A model generated the notes under the pieces. That model ran no database searches, was not told where the DNA came from, and saw only the letters and a program-made list of their open reading frames with translations. This document shows, piece by piece, positions 53,201-64,000 of a stretch of 64,000 nucleotides of DNA. Position numbers and translations under genes: made by a program. The first letter of the stretch is position 1, and every line of letters starts with the position of its first letter. The DNA lies in contig CAWCKJ010000006.1 of NCBI GenBank assembly GCA_963796105.1, positions 64,001-128,000 of the forward strand, written 5' to 3'. Source of the stretch: a candidate division FCPU426 bacterium. GTDB lineage: Bacteria; Oederibacteriota; Muellerivitia; Muellerivitales; Muellerivitaceae.

Positions 53201-56200
53201 CGACGCCGACGCCGACCTATACGCAGCAGGCTGTGCAGATAAGCAATGGAACGCCTGTAGTGGCCGGGGCGACGGTGATCCCTGGAGCGATGAGCGTGAC
53301 GGTGATGAACCTGCAGGTACTCAACCAAAGCACGGAATCTGTGACGTTGAGTACGGTGACCTTGACGGCATCGGGAAACGGAATTGACGCTGGAGTGACG
53401 GTGAAGCTGTACAAGGGAGCGGCTCCGTTGGCCATCGGGGTATATGGGACGGACAATGGACAGGTGGTACTAGGATTTGGAAATGATGTGATTGGCGCGG
53501 GACTATCCCAGAATTACCTGGTGACCTATGACTTCCCGATAGGGGCAAGCACAGGGACATACCAGGCTAGCGTGGCACAGAACACGGACTTGGCTGGGAC
53601 AGGGGCATTCCGGGCAATCCTGGTGAATGGGGCGCCGGTGACTGGGGCGGTCATGACGGTGGCCCAACCGACAGCGACCTTTACGCCAACCTACACGTCA
53701 ACTAATACAACCACGAATACACCTACTCCAACACTCACCTTTACACCTACGAAAACTCCTACAAATACTTCCACGAACACACCCACTCCGACACCGACCT
53801 TCACTCCGACGAACACACCGACCTTTACACCCACATTTACTCCTACGAATACGCCGACGAACACCCCTACGGCCACCCCGACGCCGACCTATACGCAGCA
53901 GGCGGTGCAGATAAGCAATGGAACGCCTGTGGTGGCAGGTGCAACGGTGATTCCCGGGGCGATGGGAGTTACGGTGATGAACCTGCAGGTACTCAACCAA
54001 AGCGCGCAGTCGGTGACGTTGAGTACGGTGACCTTGACAGCGTCGGGAAGCGGAATTGACGCCGGGGTGACGGTGAAGCTTTATAAGGGAACGACGCCGT
54101 TGGCCATCGGGGTATATGGGACGGACAATGGACAGGTGGTACTAGGATTTGGAAATGATGTGATTGGCGCGGGACTATCCCAGAATTACCTGGTGACCTA
54201 TGACTTCCCGATAGGGGCAAGCACAGGGACATACCAGGCGAGCGTGGTACAGAACACGGACTTGGCTGGGGCGGGAGCTTTCCGGGCGATTCTGGTGAAC
54301 GGGGCGCCGGTGAATGGGGCGATTATGACAGTCGCCCTACCGACGGCGACCTTTACGGCGACAAATACGTCGACGAACACACCAACACCAACAAACACTT
54401 TTACGAGCACGCCCACTTACACTCCGACGAATACACCCACATCAACCCCGCCGGTTTTATTAGTGGCCACGGTGGTGGGAACACCCCCTAATTCAACACA
54501 AATTCCAGGGGCTACGGGAGTGCCGGTGTTGCAGTTCACGGTAAAAAACTCAAGCCCGGACGTGGTTAATATGGGTTCTATTGTGCTGGCGGTGGGAACT
54601 CCGACAGGAGGATCTGTTACGGAAATAACCCCGACTTTGTGGAAGGGAACGACGGTTATATTCAGCTCGGCCACTTGGTCTGGTGGAAACCTCACATTAA
54701 GTTTCAGCGACACACTGCCAGCCGGGCCCTCTTCTCAAACCTATCAAGTGACCTATAGTTTCTCGAATTCTTCTGCGACGGGGGCCTACTCAACTTCCTT
54801 GCAAACTTTGCAAGGAGTGGATAGCGTTTCGGGGCAGTCGGTGCAGGTGAGCGGGGTGCCGGCGGCTGGAGCGGTGATCACTATCGCCCTGCCCACAGCG
54901 ACCTTTACTTCAACATTTACGCCGACGAGCACACCCACTCATACACCGACCTTTACGCCGACCAACACGCCCACAAATACGTACACTCCCACGATGACCC
55001 CGACATCCACCCCATTGCCTCCTGTTCAGCTTGTGTTTTTAACGCCTTCTCCAGCATTGACTCCTTTTTCGGCAGGTTTAAACGGCGGCCCCCTCGTGAT
55101 CGAGGCGCAAAATTCCCAGGGGCAACCAGCCACCTTAACGGGAATCTTAACAATTAATCTATATTCTAATTCGACAGGTGAATATTATTTTCTGGATTCC
55201 TCGGGCGGCACAACCATATCCGCCTTGACCATTTCACCTGGATCCTCCGCGGCTACAATCAACTACCTGGATTATAAAGCCGGGGTTTGGGCTCTCACCG
55301 CCACATCCTCAACTTTGGCGCCGGCTGGTTTGCCTGTAACGGTATCGACGTCTACTTACGCCCAGCTTCAGGTGCTTTTGCCGGGCGAATCGGCTGATCC
55401 GGGAAAACCTTTATTGGATCCCTTAGGCCATACCGGCAGTCCTAGTAATGAACAAGCTGGTTATCCTTTTTCGGCCACAGTAAATGCCGTGGACGCTTAT
55501 TACAATGTTTTCACAGGTGCCGGCGATCCCTTGACCTTTACCGTTAGCGACCCTAATTCGCCCGCTCAAGGAGTCACCACCCTTAATCAAGGAACCGCCG
55601 TAAACAACAACATCGTGATGGATACGCCCAATAGCAGTCAGGCAGTTACGGTAAAGGATTTAAGCAACGCTAAAATTGGCGTTAGCGATCCTGTGTTCAT
55701 ATTGGCTGGAAGTCGAAGCCTCATCCTGAATGTGACCCACTATTCGCCTAAACTTTCCACTGTAACAGGAGGCCAGGCTGGTATCACCGTATTGGCCCTT
55801 GATTTCAGCGTGAAACAAGGCAGTGACCCCATATCCATCATGGGACTTGTCATCCACGCCGAGGACGATAAAAACAATCCGGTGCCATTCGGGACAGCTT
55901 TCCAAAATCTTTGGTATACCGGGGGTGGAGGCATAAATGGCTCAATGAATGTCGCCGGGTCCTCTTCTGATATGGTGACACTAGGAACTGCTCTTACGGT
56001 ACCTGCTTTGTCCTCGCTATCCGTCACCATTGGAGTAGATATGGCCCCTCAACCCACCGCCAAGAGCGTCAAGCTCTCATTGGATGGACCTGGGTCCTTT
56101 AACGCTGAAGATCCGGTCGCGCCAGCCACCGTGGCTGGGGTTACCACCATCGGCGACAGTACCGGATTCCCCATCCAATCGGAAACAATGGCTTTCCTTT

Positions 56201-56496
56201 CTCCGGATGTAGCGTCCACATTCGGCAACTATCCGAATCCATTCAGGGCGGGTTTGGAAAGCACGACCATCGAGTTTAACTTGACCACGCCCACGGAAGT
56301 GTCATTGCAACTCTATGATGTCATGGGTTCCAAAGTGATAACGTTGTTGGAAAATAAAACACTATCAGCCGGTCTTCAGAGAATATCCTGGGATGGCCGA
56401 AATGGCACGGGTTCCTATGTCCTTAATGGAGTTTATTATGCCCAACTTAGCGTCAATGGTAATAAATACCTGTTGAAAATCGCGGTGGTGAAATAA
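47299..56496 (+). CDS. Giant (3065 aa) secreted surface protein: repeated beta-sandwich domains with Thr/Pro linkers and a C-terminal FlgD-Ig/sorting-like domain
   Basis: Signal peptide (VHA-A), N-terminal VQ.G repeats, NYPNPF...WDGRN...NGVYY...KIAVVK tail. Confidence 0.9.
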   Translation: MRFRKTAYFLMFFFVFLTQTRIFVHAATIQSVQSGTNTIAAPNSAITVTLPQAVTPSNSFLIFSTSSNGPAPNNTFVTGQLDASNGAALTFSCAIAPGPATPVSIQWYVAQFTHGVTVQRGSVAMNGTTVNVPIPTAVDLSKSFPIISLKTSDATFGGGEFIQAAISSTTNLQLSANNIPTAPSTVSWQVIQFDNVSVQYGTISLPAGAFSTDVPLSSPIIPSQSWLLFTNSTNFASNDMRQNLLQSSITGANDLLFTRNGFGITSVLNVSWYVVQFSDGTAVQSGTEAFQPTDLTNGALLQSIALNQSIASAGGLYYGGGDVLTNTQTNPEVAMGLLALTSTTNLQITRATNGGGAGWASNFGWNVVQFPLATATPTKTSTFTSTNTNTNTPTPTLTPTPTFTNTPTNTPTYTPTQPAISIGVWTPTPGNSTQIPGASSVQEMNLQVINNSNEGVSLDYLVLKATDLSGANSGTGIYSVDLYKSGELLASSTYSGANGVVTLGGYPLDTLTATGSAGATANYQVEYDFSAAAPTGTYQGIITGNANLVGAGISSLQPILVTGAPINGATITIATPTLTPTPTNTSTNTPTDTPTPTYTPTPTATPTYTPTDTPTYTPTNTPTNTPTPTPTDTPTPTPTDTPTPTPTDTSTDTPTPTFTSTSTPTPTPYLLSVATVSGTPPNTVQIPGAQNVGVLQFSLSNPGTSAVTLYGLVMQAVGNGTQVSGVNLLDGGGLILESKAYSAGYVTLGGAPLTVLGSGVVTFGVSYNFQTTAATGDYGVSLTGVRGIDDTGQVAQVSGIPVGGATITIATPTPTPTPTYTSTNTPTDTPTPTFTPTPTDTPTYTPTDTPTSTPTNTPTNTPTPTPTNTPTLTPTNTPTPTPTYTSTDTPTNTPTATPTPTYTQQAVQISNGTPVVAGATVIPGAMSVTVMNLQVLNQSTESVTLSTVTLTASGSGNDAGVTVKLYKGTTPLAIGVYGTDNGQVVLGFGSDVVGAGLTQNYLVTYDFPIGASTGTYQASVAQNTDLAGTGAFRAILVNGAPVTGAVITVALPTATFTPTYTSTNTPTDTPTPTFTPTPTDTPTYTPTDTPTSTPTNTPTNTPTPTPTNTPTLTPTNTPTPTPTYTSTDTPTNTPTATPTPTYTQQAVQISNGTPVVAGATVIPGAMSVTVMNLQVLNQSTESVTLSTVTLTASGSGNDAGVTVKLYKGTTPLAIGVYGTDNGQVVLGFGSDVVGAGLTQNYLVTYDFPIGASTGTYQASVAQNTDLAGTGAFRAILVNGAPVTGAVITVALPTATFTPTYTSTNTPTDTPTPTFTPTPTDTPTYTPTDTPTSTPTNTPTNTPTPTPTNTPTLTPTNTPTPTPTYTSTDTPTNTPTATPTPTYTQQAVQISNGTPVVAGATVIPGAMSVTVMNLQVLNQSTESVTLSTVTLTASGSGNDAGVTVKLYKGTTPLAIGVYGTDNGQVVLGFGSDVVGAGLTQNYLVTYDFPIGASTGTYQASVAQNTDLAGTGAFRAILVNGAPVTGAVITVALPTATFTPTYTSTNTPTDTPTPTFTPTPTDTPTYTPTDTPTSTPTNTPTNTPTPTPTNTPTLTPTNTPTPTPTYTSTDTPTNTPTATPTPTYTQQAVQISNGTPVVEGMTVALPTATFTPTYTSTNTPTDTPTPTFTPTPTDTPTYTPTDTPTSTPTNTPTNTPTPTPTNTPTLTPTNTPTPTPTYTSTDTPTNTPTATPTPTYTQQAVQISNGTPVVAGATVIPGAMSVTVMNLQVLNQSTESVTLSTVTLTASGSGNDAGVTVKLYKGTTPLAIGVYGTDNGQVVLGFGSDVVGAGLTQNYLVTYDFPIGASTGTYQASVAQNTDLAGTGAFRAILVNGAPVTGAVITVALPTATFTPTYTSTNTPTDTPTPTFTPTPTDTPTYTPTDTPTSTPTNTPTNTPTPTPTNTPTLTPTNTPTPTPTYTSTDTPTNTPTATPTPTYTQQAVQISNGTPVVAGATVIPGAMSVTVMNLQVLNQSTESVTLSTVTLTASGNGIDAGVTVKLYKGAAPLAIGVYGTDNGQVVLGFGNDVIGAGLSQNYLVTYDFPIGASTGTYQASVAQNTDLAGTGAFRAILVNGAPVTGAVMTVAQPTATFTPTYTSTNTTTNTPTPTLTFTPTKTPTNTSTNTPTPTPTFTPTNTPTFTPTFTPTNTPTNTPTATPTPTYTQQAVQISNGTPVVAGATVIPGAMGVTVMNLQVLNQSAQSVTLSTVTLTASGSGIDAGVTVKLYKGTTPLAIGVYGTDNGQVVLGFGNDVIGAGLSQNYLVTYDFPIGASTGTYQASVVQNTDLAGAGAFRAILVNGAPVNGAIMTVALPTATFTATNTSTNTPTPTNTFTSTPTYTPTNTPTSTPPVLLVATVVGTPPNSTQIPGATGVPVLQFTVKNSSPDVVNMGSIVLAVGTPTGGSVTEITPTLWKGTTVIFSSATWSGGNLTLSFSDTLPAGPSSQTYQVTYSFSNSSATGAYSTSLQTLQGVDSVSGQSVQVSGVPAAGAVITIALPTATFTSTFTPTSTPTHTPTFTPTNTPTNTYTPTMTPTSTPLPPVQLVFLTPSPALTPFSAGLNGGPLVIEAQNSQGQPATLTGILTINLYSNSTGEYYFLDSSGGTTISALTISPGSSAATINYLDYKAGVWALTATSSTLAPAGLPVTVSTSTYAQLQVLLPGESADPGKPLLDPLGHTGSPSNEQAGYPFSATVNAVDAYYNVFTGAGDPLTFTVSDPNSPAQGVTTLNQGTAVNNNIVMDTPNSSQAVTVKDLSNAKIGVSDPVFILAGSRSLILNVTHYSPKLSTVTGGQAGITVLALDFSVKQGSDPISIMGLVIHAEDDKNNPVPFGTAFQNLWYTGGGGINGSMNVAGSSSDMVTLGTALTVPALSSLSVTIGVDMAPQPTAKSVKLSLDGPGSFNAEDPVAPATVAGVTTIGDSTGFPIQSETMAFLSPDVASTFGNYPNPFRAGLESTTIEFNLTTPTEVSLQLYDVMGSKVITLLENKTLSAGLQRISWDGRNGTGSYVLNGVYYAQLSVNGNKYLLKIAVVK
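49747..54360 (+). repeat. Intragenic 720-bp tandem repeat with one 336-bp deleted unit
   Basis: Units start at 49747, 50467, 51187, 51907 (336 bp), 52243 and 52963, then a diverged unit from ~53683. Confidence 0.95.
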
Positions 56497-58157
56497 TGGC
56501 AATAACAATCCGAGCTAATACTCAACAACGCAAAATTGCTCTATTTTATTTTATCGTCCTTGGAGTTCTGTTTCCCTCGATGACTTTTTCACAAACCCCG
56601 CAAACCGGGGGAATCGAATCGCCCTTTGAATTGGGGGGATCGGCCAGGGCTTTAGGTATGGGGGATACTTCGGCGGCCGTGATTGGGGATGGAAACAGCT
56701 TTTTCTCGAACCCGGCGGCTTTGGCGGCCTTAAAGAATTATGAAATTCTTACTCTTCACGCTCCCCTTTATCAAGATACTGCCTATGACGCGGTCGGATA
56801 TGTCCACCCCGTAAGTGGCCACGCCGGTTTGGGAGCCGCTTTCATCCAACTGGGCACGTCTGATATTCTTAAGACCCAGAACAATATTTTGCCTATTTCC
56901 ACCTTTTCTTCCCAGCAAATGGAGGGGGTAGTAGGCGGGGGATTTCGCTTGCCTGGCGGGTTGGATTTCGGGGCTTCCGTGAAGTATTTGCGCGAGCAAA
57001 TGGACACCTACCAGGGCAGCGGTGTGGGTGTTGATGTCGGACTTTTATACAGGTTTTCTGAAACTTCCTCCGACTTCCGGCGGATTGGGCTCCGAAATCT
57101 AGCCATCGGGTTATCCGCCTCTAATTTACTGGAGCCCCAAGTCAAATTATTCCAGGCGGCGGATCAGCCGGTCAGGGTCTTTAGGCCGGCCCTTTCTTAT
57201 TTTTTACAAACTTCCGGGAAAGATACCCTCTGGTTGACGTTCGAGGGCGAGCTTGTCCAGGGAGGCGAAAATCTCATTAAGGCTGGAATGGAGTACGGTT
57301 TCAACAACATGATTTTTGGACGAGCGGGTTTTGATGGAATCAGCCCCACTTTGGGAGCCGGTCTTAGTCTTTATGGGTTCGAATTCGATTATGCTTTCAA
57401 CCAAAGGGATTTGGGGGCTCTTCATAGATTTTCCCTGAGTTATCGTTTCGGGGCATATCGGGACCCTTTACAGGCCCAGAGATTGGATCTTTTGAAATGG
57501 GTGGCCCGCAGTTATTCTAAAAGCGACGATTTCAGCCCAGCCATCCGGGCCTGGAAGAACGTTTTAAATGAATACCCTGATGACGAGGAAGCTCCCGGGG
57601 CCGTCCGGAATCTTGAGAAACGTAGGAGCTCAATGGTTTCGGAACAATTGGATGTCGTCCGGAAGGAAATCAAGAATGGAAATTACGACAAGGCTTTGCC
57701 CCTTTTAGGCAAGGTCCTTTCCATTGATCCTGGAAATCCCGACGCGCAATCGCTCTTGAAGATGGTCGATAAGGGAATGATGCTTTCCACGAATTATGTT
57801 CGGGGAGTGGAAGCGTATAGCCGGGAGGATTACGCCACCGCCGTGGATAACCTTCAGGCCGTTTACCAGATCGATCCCGAATATCGGGATGTGAAATTCC
57901 TTTATCACGACGCGGAAAGCCACTATCAGCCTTTGGAGGCCATGCCTAAGGAAATTACCAACCTTTATGCCAAGGGAGTCGAAGCCTACCTGACAGGTAA
58001 ATATCAGGAGGCGGTCGTTGATTGGGAGAAAGTTCTCGCGCAAAGTCCTAAGAACTTTCTCATTATGCGAAATCTAGAGGAAGCCCAGAAAAGATTGAAC
58101 GAATCAAAAACACCCGAGAAAAATTCAAACAGTGGTCAAGAAGGCAGTCACCCATGA
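56496..58157 (+). CDS. PorV/PorQ-like outer-membrane barrel fused to TPRs
   Basis: GGSARALGMG...NPAAL N-terminus, FDYAF...HRFSLSYRFG barrel end, helical TPR tail. Confidence 0.8.
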   Translation: MAITIRANTQQRKIALFYFIVLGVLFPSMTFSQTPQTGGIESPFELGGSARALGMGDTSAAVIGDGNSFFSNPAALAALKNYEILTLHAPLYQDTAYDAVGYVHPVSGHAGLGAAFIQLGTSDILKTQNNILPISTFSSQQMEGVVGGGFRLPGGLDFGASVKYLREQMDTYQGSGVGVDVGLLYRFSETSSDFRRIGLRNLAIGLSASNLLEPQVKLFQAADQPVRVFRPALSYFLQTSGKDTLWLTFEGELVQGGENLIKAGMEYGFNNMIFGRAGFDGISPTLGAGLSLYGFEFDYAFNQRDLGALHRFSLSYRFGAYRDPLQAQRLDLLKWVARSYSKSDDFSPAIRAWKNVLNEYPDDEEAPGAVRNLEKRRSSMVSEQLDVVRKEIKNGNYDKALPLLGKVLSIDPGNPDAQSLLKMVDKGMMLSTNYVRGVEAYSREDYATAVDNLQAVYQIDPEYRDVKFLYHDAESHYQPLEAMPKEITNLYAKGVEAYLTGKYQEAVVDWEKVLAQSPKNFLIMRNLEEAQKRLNESKTPEKNSNSGQEGSHP

Positions 58158-60556
58158 AAAAACCGGAGTTTTTCGCTGATTTATTTTCATCTTTTTCCTT
58201 CCAAACAAAAAGACACACCTTGAGGCTGGAAGTGCCGGCGGAAGAAATCGAGCTGTTGAAAATAAAAGATTTCATTCAAAGGGTTTGCGATGCGGCGGGT
58301 TGCACCCCCAAAGAGGCTAATTCCCTTACATTAGCCGTGGACGAGGCCTGTACCAACATCATCCGTCATGCCTACACCGGCAAAAAAGATGGAGAGATCG
58401 AGTTGGAAGCAGGAATCGGCCTTTACGACCTAAGGATAAAGGTCATTGACCATGGGGAAGCCTTTGACTTCAACTCGGTGAAAGATCCCGATCTGGACCA
58501 TTACGTGGATATCGGTAAAAAGGGAGGACTGGGCATCTGGCTCATCAAGAAAGTCGTGGATCGGGTCACCTACAGGGCTTACGGGGATCGCAATGAAATG
58601 GTCCTTTACCGGAAGCTTTCCAACGCTCCCCCCAAGGAATTGGGGCTAAGAAAAGGCTCTATTCCTATCACCGCCAAGTTCACTATCGGATCGGCGCTAT
58701 TGGTGACAATGCTTATTCTCTCCGTCTTTTTCTTTCTCAGTTACAAGCAGGCTTCTTTTATTGCCCGTCAGCAAACCGAGAAAGTGAACATGATCATTGA
58801 GACTATCGCTTCAGAGTCAGGTCCGGCAGTCATTGGAAAGAACGATCTGGAATTAGACCGAATGATCCACCGAGTTATTTCCCAGGACCAATTTAATATT
58901 CTAGACTATCTATTTATCATTGGGGAGGATGGCAAGTTTATCGCTCATTCCGACCTAAATCAGCTTTTCAAAATTTACCACCCCCCCGTGGGAGCCAAGA
59001 TAGTGAAAACCCCTGGCATCCGGACCTTTGAGGTTTCCACCCCGCGCGGATCAGTTACTGATTACACCTCACCCATTTTTTTCCGAGGCAAATGGGTGGG
59101 TGAGGCGCACACTGGGGTGAGTGTTCGGGCCATCGATCATTTGTCCAGCACCGTCAAATCAGATTTCCGAAGACTCATCTTTTTCATGTTCCTGATCAGC
59201 ATTATCGGCCTTTATTTTCTTTCCCTCATCGTCATTAGGCCGTTCCGAAAAATCCTGGCCGGCGTTCATGCTGTTTCAACCGGTAATTTCAACGCCCGAA
59301 TCAATTTAGAAAGCCAGGATGAGTTCGGGCAACTCGCCAATATCTTTAATGACATGACCAGCCGAATCCAGGATTCGCAGAAAGGGATGATGGAGCAGGA
59401 AAGGATTCAGAAAGAAATGCAGGTGGCCCAGGAAATCCAACATACTTTACTTCCCGCTGAGTTTCCTCAGATTGAGGGCTATGAAATCGGAGCCACTTAC
59501 CGCGCCGCCAAAGAGGTGGGCGGAGACTATTACGATTTCTTCTGGGTGGATCCGACTACATTGGGGATCGTCGTGGCGGATGTTTCTGGCAAAGGCGTGC
59601 CCGGATCCATGGTGATGACCATGATCCGTACGGCGATGAGATTGGAAGCCCGAAATAACAAATCCGCGTCGAACGTTCTCGCCAAAGTCAACAGCCACGT
59701 CACCTCGGATATGAAAAAAGGAATGTTCGTTACCATGTTTTATATCATCTTGGATTCCAGGAACAGGACCATTAATTTCGCCAGCGCGGGGCATAATCCC
59801 ATGATTCTTTATCGTGGCGCTACCAAGGAACTTTATTACCTCAAACCCAAGGGTTTTCCCGTGGGAATTGATCTCCCGGAAAAAGAGATGTTCGAAAACA
59901 ATATGGCGCCCCAGAAAGTCAGCTTGCAAAAAAACGATATCCTAGTGATTTACACAGACGGAATCACGGAAGCAATGAACCTCAAGAAGGAACAATTTGG
60001 GGAGGCCAGGCTGAATGAGGTCATCAAAGCCAACGCCCATCTAACACCGCAGGAATTCGTTGAAAAACTCAATGAAGCCATTGCGCAGTTTACCAAGGGG
60101 GCGGAACAACACGACGACATCACGGTTGTGGCTATCAAAGAGAAAATGAAAACGGATAATGCGGTTTTCAATTTCAGAAAAAAACTCCTGGATCTTGTGA
60201 AAAAGGATGGACTTACAGTGGCCGAAGCTTGCAGAAAAATGAATATTTCAACCCAAGCCTACTACCGCTATCTGAACATTATGAGGACAAAAGGAAACGC
60301 GGGCTTGAAACCTGTTTTTCCTAAAAATCGAATAAAGCTCCGGGAGTTATCCCAGCCACAAAAAGAAGCCGTAATGGAAATCCTTAAGAAAGATCCTCTG
60401 CTAAGCCCAAAGAGCATTTCTGAAACACTACGAAAAAGCAAGCAACCACCAATGAAGGTGGACCCTACCCTGATCTATGAGTATTTGAAGCGAAAAAATT
60501 TAAGCAACGTGAAACAAAGAAAGGCGTTCGCTTTGAGTGAGGTTGACAGCGTTTAA
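58154..60556 (+). CDS. Anti-sigma-type HATPase + TM/HAMP + SpoIIE(PP2C) phosphatase + C-terminal HTH fusion
   Basis: AVDEACTNIIRHAY, GGLGIWLI; QDEFGQLANIFNDM; EVGGDYYD, ADVSGKG, YTDGITEA, DDIT; TVAEACRKMNIS..YYRY. Confidence 0.9.
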   Translation: MKKPEFFADLFSSFSFQTKRHTLRLEVPAEEIELLKIKDFIQRVCDAAGCTPKEANSLTLAVDEACTNIIRHAYTGKKDGEIELEAGIGLYDLRIKVIDHGEAFDFNSVKDPDLDHYVDIGKKGGLGIWLIKKVVDRVTYRAYGDRNEMVLYRKLSNAPPKELGLRKGSIPITAKFTIGSALLVTMLILSVFFFLSYKQASFIARQQTEKVNMIIETIASESGPAVIGKNDLELDRMIHRVISQDQFNILDYLFIIGEDGKFIAHSDLNQLFKIYHPPVGAKIVKTPGIRTFEVSTPRGSVTDYTSPIFFRGKWVGEAHTGVSVRAIDHLSSTVKSDFRRLIFFMFLISIIGLYFLSLIVIRPFRKILAGVHAVSTGNFNARINLESQDEFGQLANIFNDMTSRIQDSQKGMMEQERIQKEMQVAQEIQHTLLPAEFPQIEGYEIGATYRAAKEVGGDYYDFFWVDPTTLGIVVADVSGKGVPGSMVMTMIRTAMRLEARNNKSASNVLAKVNSHVTSDMKKGMFVTMFYIILDSRNRTINFASAGHNPMILYRGATKELYYLKPKGFPVGIDLPEKEMFENNMAPQKVSLQKNDILVIYTDGITEAMNLKKEQFGEARLNEVIKANAHLTPQEFVEKLNEAIAQFTKGAEQHDDITVVAIKEKMKTDNAVFNFRKKLLDLVKKDGLTVAEACRKMNISTQAYYRYLNIMRTKGNAGLKPVFPKNRIKLRELSQPQKEAVMEILKKDPLLSPKSISETLRKSKQPPMKVDPTLIYEYLKRKNLSNVKQRKAFALSEVDSV

Positions 60557-60601
60557 AAACCCGGGGATAATAAGCCTTTGCTGAATCATTTCGGAGGAAG
60601 C

Positions 60602-60964
60602 ATGGAAAATATATCCGTTAGCGTATCTGAACACCCTAAGAATAAAAGCATTACCCTTTTATCGGTCAAGGGTTTCATCGATACTACTACCGCTCCAGAA
60701 TTTGAAAAAAAATTCTTATCGGTTCTAAATGATAATAAATACAAACTGGTAGTGGACTTGAAAGATGTAAATTACATTTCAAGCGCAGGTTGGGGTATTT
60801 TTGTCAGCGAGATCAAGCGGATCCGAACCCAGAAGGGTGATTTGGTTTTATCTGGCATGAACCCCGAGGTATCGGAGGTATTTGAGTTGCTCGAATTTAA
60901 CACCATTTTGAAGGCCTTCCCGAATGTCGAAACGGCTGTCAAACGTGGCTTCGGAGAAAATTGA
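60602..60964 (+). CDS. STAS-domain anti-sigma-factor antagonist
   Basis: GFIDTTTAP, VDLKDVNYISSAGWG, VSEVFELL. Confidence 0.92.
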   Translation: MENISVSVSEHPKNKSITLLSVKGFIDTTTAPEFEKKFLSVLNDNKYKLVVDLKDVNYISSAGWGIFVSEIKRIRTQKGDLVLSGMNPEVSEVFELLEFNTILKAFPNVETAVKRGFGEN

Positions 60965-61214
60965 AGATCTCAATAGGATTTCTTGTTTTCTAGATAAAAA
61001 ATACATCTGGAATTAGTTGTTTTTTTAGTGAAAAGTGATGAATTATAGTGCCTGTTGACGTTAGTTATACTTTGCGAATATCAGTATTCCGGGAAATCCC
61101 AAGTTTTCCAAGGAACGAATTTAAGGTCTTATCAGTTTGTTGGGTGTTTCGGGGTTAATTGTTAATTCGAATAAATTTGAAGGTCATTTCCGGATTTGAA
61201 GATCCAGAAAACGG

Positions 61215-62357
61215 ATGAATATGGAAAAGTTGTCGTTAAATTCCCTCATCGAAATTGAGGGGAAGAATTTTACTGTAGAAACCACCCCTTTGACGGGTAA
61301 GAACCGTTTGACATCGATTATTCAGCTCGCGGGAAGGGCTATTTCCCAAAGAGAATTCGACCTGCCGGAAGGGCTTGATGAGGCGGGCTTAAAACAATTC
61401 CTGCAAGATACCCATCGAATCCGATCCGTCGAACTTGAGTCCATCTTCCGGTTGAACAAAAAAATTAACGAAAAACCCTCGGCGGATGCCTGCTGGAAAA
61501 TAGGCGTCATTTTTCTTTCCAACGGTTTTTATGATGATGCGCGCCAAAGATTCATGAAGGCCATGGAATTGGATCCTCAACATCTCCAGGCGGTCAAAAG
61601 TTACGGCATCACCCTGACGCTTTTAGAGGATTACGATGGTGCCCTGGCTATTTTAAATCGGGCCAAGGAAATGGGGCCCTCCTTCGCTGATATTTATTAC
61701 CACCTTGGTAATGTTCACCTTTACAAAAGAGAGATTGATGAGGCCGTCCAATGTTATTTGCAAGCGCTTCAAATTAACCCGCGTTATGCGGATGCCCGTT
61801 TACGCTTGGGAACATCCTGCGTGGGTTATCTCACGCAGTCTTCCGGGTCGCTCAACGAAGCGAAGACTCAGGAATTGGTGGAAAGGACCAAGACGGAAGT
61901 GGAAACGGCGGCCACCTTAAATCCCAAGGTGAGAAACCGAGCCTTTATGATCTCAATGGATTACCTGAAAAACAGGAAGTATTCACTCGCATTCCAGTCT
62001 TTCCTGGATGTCCGTCCGCGTTATGTCCCGAGGATAGGGGATGAGATTATCTTTTTTTTCACTTTGACTTTGCTTTACGGCAATGAAGGAATCGACTTGC
62101 AAATGACCGAGCAATATATCAACAAACTCGCAAAAGTGATTGAGGAGTATCCCCATTACGCTGACCTTCATCACCATCTCGGTGTCGCTTACTTGATTCT
62201 TTGCCGATTCGAGGTGAGCAAAGCCATGAAGGAATTTAAAAAGGCTTTGGAAATAAATCCCCAATTTCAAAGGGCACTTACGAACGCGGTTGACGCTGAG
62301 GATTTACACAAAAAAGTCTTAACCAGCTTGAAGAAAGCCATCATTACTCAGAATTAA
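61215..62357 (+). CDS. Tetratricopeptide repeat protein
   Basis: FADIYYHLG, ALQINPRYADA, YADLHHHLG, ALEINPQF. Confidence 0.88.
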   Translation: MNMEKLSLNSLIEIEGKNFTVETTPLTGKNRLTSIIQLAGRAISQREFDLPEGLDEAGLKQFLQDTHRIRSVELESIFRLNKKINEKPSADACWKIGVIFLSNGFYDDARQRFMKAMELDPQHLQAVKSYGITLTLLEDYDGALAILNRAKEMGPSFADIYYHLGNVHLYKREIDEAVQCYLQALQINPRYADARLRLGTSCVGYLTQSSGSLNEAKTQELVERTKTEVETAATLNPKVRNRAFMISMDYLKNRKYSLAFQSFLDVRPRYVPRIGDEIIFFFTLTLLYGNEGIDLQMTEQYINKLAKVIEEYPHYADLHHHLGVAYLILCRFEVSKAMKEFKKALEINPQFQRALTNAVDAEDLHKKVLTSLKKAIITQN

Positions 62358-62455
62358 TTGGTGAATCCGGAGGATTGAAAGAGGGACGTAGGATCGGAAA
62401 ACCTTTTAGAAAAGTCTGAATAAAAGGATTATCTTTTTAAACCTTTGAATGGTTA

Positions 62456-62848
62456 TTAGGACGTTAGATTAACTGGTGCGCTGCTTAAGGAGTAGTTTGT
62501 TTCCAGAAACTTAACATGTTCCTGGGTCATTTTTTCAAAATTGACCCCATAAACATACCGGCCCATGGATTTCATGGGATTTTTACGGACCCAGACAACT
62601 TTTCCTTCATAGTTCACATTATGGCTTCTGTCGAGTGAGCCTAACTCAAGGCGGAGGGATCGGCCGTTGTCCAAAACCTTGTTGGAGTAAATCTGGCAAC
62701 CCGTCGAACTGACATTAATCAATTGGGCCCGAAAAGGCTCAGAATCCTTTAAGGACTCAAGGGTAATGCCTTTGATGGATTTAACCATCATGACACGTCG
62801 ATTGGTTCTTTTATTGCGGGGGTTTTCAGGTTTATGGGTTTTTTTCAT
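62456..62848 (-). CDS. PilZ-domain protein
   Basis: RTNRR (RxxxR), NVSSTG (D/NxSxxG), GKVVW, GVNF. Confidence 0.85.
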   Translation of the reverse strand: MKKTHKPENPRNKRTNRRVMMVKSIKGITLESLKDSEPFRAQLINVSSTGCQIYSNKVLDNGRSLRLELGSLDRSHNVNYEGKVVWVRKNPMKSMGRYVYGVNFEKMTQEHVKFLETNYSLSSAPVNLTS

Positions 62849-63174
62849 TTAGGTAAAACTTCCCTTCTCGGATTGACAGTCCATCAGACGAGCAAGGATT
62901 TCTGCATGGATCTTATTTCAGCCGAGTTCCTGTTGAATTGATTTGGAACTGTAACTCAATTAGGATAACATTTTCAATTGTTTTCTGGGAAAAAAACAAA
63001 CTCTGACAATTATTTTGGCTAATCGAATTTCATGCCTCTTTTTTGAGCAGTACTGATTGACTATCCGCAAGGATATTTACGGCCTTGAATTTAAAGGGGT
63101 TGGCTCGAGGGCAATCCATTGGGTTTACTTGCCGCAGTGGGAACTCGAAACTAATCCTAAACATTAGGGAAAAA

Positions 63175-64000
63175 ATGTCAAATGTTCGCGTAAGATTCGC
63201 ACCGAGCCCTACTGGGTATCTTCATGTGGGTGGAGCGCGTACCGCTTTGTTCAACTGGCTTTTTGCCCGCCACCATGGAGGAAAGTTTGTTCTCCGGATA
63301 GAGGATACTGACCGAGAAAGATCGAAGGCGGAATACGAAGAAAACATCATCAGAGACCTTCAATGGCTCGGGTTGGATTGGGATGAAGGCCCCTCCATCG
63401 GCGGTCCTTTTGGACCCTACAGCCAAACAGACAGGGCGCCGCAATACCGGGAACAATTGAAAAAACTACTCCAGGCCGGCGCCGCCTATCCATGTTTCTG
63501 TACTTCAAAGGAGTTGGAAGCGGAACGAAGTGAGGTTCAAGCGCTCGGTAAAAGCTACAGGTATTCCGGAAGGTGCAGGGATCTATCGCCGGCTGCATTA
63601 GAGAACCATCAAAAATCGCATCATCCCTACTCAGTTAGATTGAAAATACCTGAGGGCCATATTTCCTTCTTCGATTTGGTTCGTGGGGAGGTTTCGATTG
63701 AAAATGCGGAATTGGATGACTTCATCTTGGTCAGAAGCGATGGGGAGCCGACCTATAATTTTGTGGCAACCGTGGACGACGCCTTGATGAAAATTTCACA
63801 TGTTATCCGTGGCGAGGATCACTTGTCTAATACCCCGAAACAAATCCTGCTTTACAGGGCTTTAAGTTTGGAACCACCTTCTTTCGCCCATATTCCCCTT
63901 ATTTTAGGCCAAGATCGGTCACCTCTTTCCAAGAGGCATGGCGCGAGTTCCATCGGAGAATTCAAACGCCAGGGATACCTGCCAGAGGCGATGCTCAATT
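63175..64000 (+). CDS. gltX: Glutamate--tRNA ligase (3'-truncated by window edge; absent from the ORF track)
   Basis: [50 protein letters not shown]. Confidence 0.95.
   Translation, partial: MSNVRVRFAPSPTGYLHVGGARTALFNWLFARHHGGKFVLRIEDTDRERSKAEYEENIIRDLQWLGLDWDEGPSIGGPFGPYSQTDRAPQYREQLKKLLQAGAAYPCFCTSKELEAERSEVQALGKSYRYSGRCRDLSPAALENHQKSHHPYSVRLKIPEGHISFFDLVRGEVSIENAELDDFILVRSDGEPTYNFVATVDDALMKISHVIRGEDHLSNTPKQILLYRALSLEPPSFAHIPLILGQDRSPLSKRHGASSIGEFKRQGYLPEAMLN

Noticed and set aside
49423..54232. Repeated Arg- or Val-rich minus-strand ORFs (also at 10443-11648)
   Set aside because: Antisense shadows of Thr/Pro codon repeats.
62850..63174. tRNA upstream of gltX
   Set aside because: No cloverleaf or TTCGA T-loop in the proper context was found; no tRNA or rRNA was recognised anywhere in the window.

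Overview
Bacterial chromosome segment. Housekeeping blocks: metX(partial)-metW, a membrane pyrophosphatase, msrA, RqcH/NFACT, an acyl-CoA ligase, CIRCE-groES-groEL (groEL has two +1 frameshifts), a DUF58/VWA/TPR/BatD/MoxR cluster, yicC-gmk-rpoZ-coaBC-udg, a partner-switching locus and partial gltX. Two Thr/Pro-rich secreted proteins (1242 and 3065 aa) end in YPNP-type sorting-like tails, and a PorV-like gene follows the larger one. An accessory region (~12.6-26.4 kb) holds a MITE, a TIR-flanked HUH/Y1 (RAYT-like) transposase, IS21, IS1595, two satellites and a dead toxin gene. The most striking feature is at 14386-18698: four identical 37-bp direct repeats with sharp edges separate three AT-rich segments of 1.3-1.6 kb. 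Each segment carries a homologous, unannotated leader peptide translationally coupled to a complete exported-protein gene, then the start of a second gene cut off at the next repeat. This looks like a CRISPR-like gene-capture array with kilobase spacers. No cas gene or integron integrase is in the window, so the mechanism is inference only. All product calls come from motif recognition by eye, not database searches.
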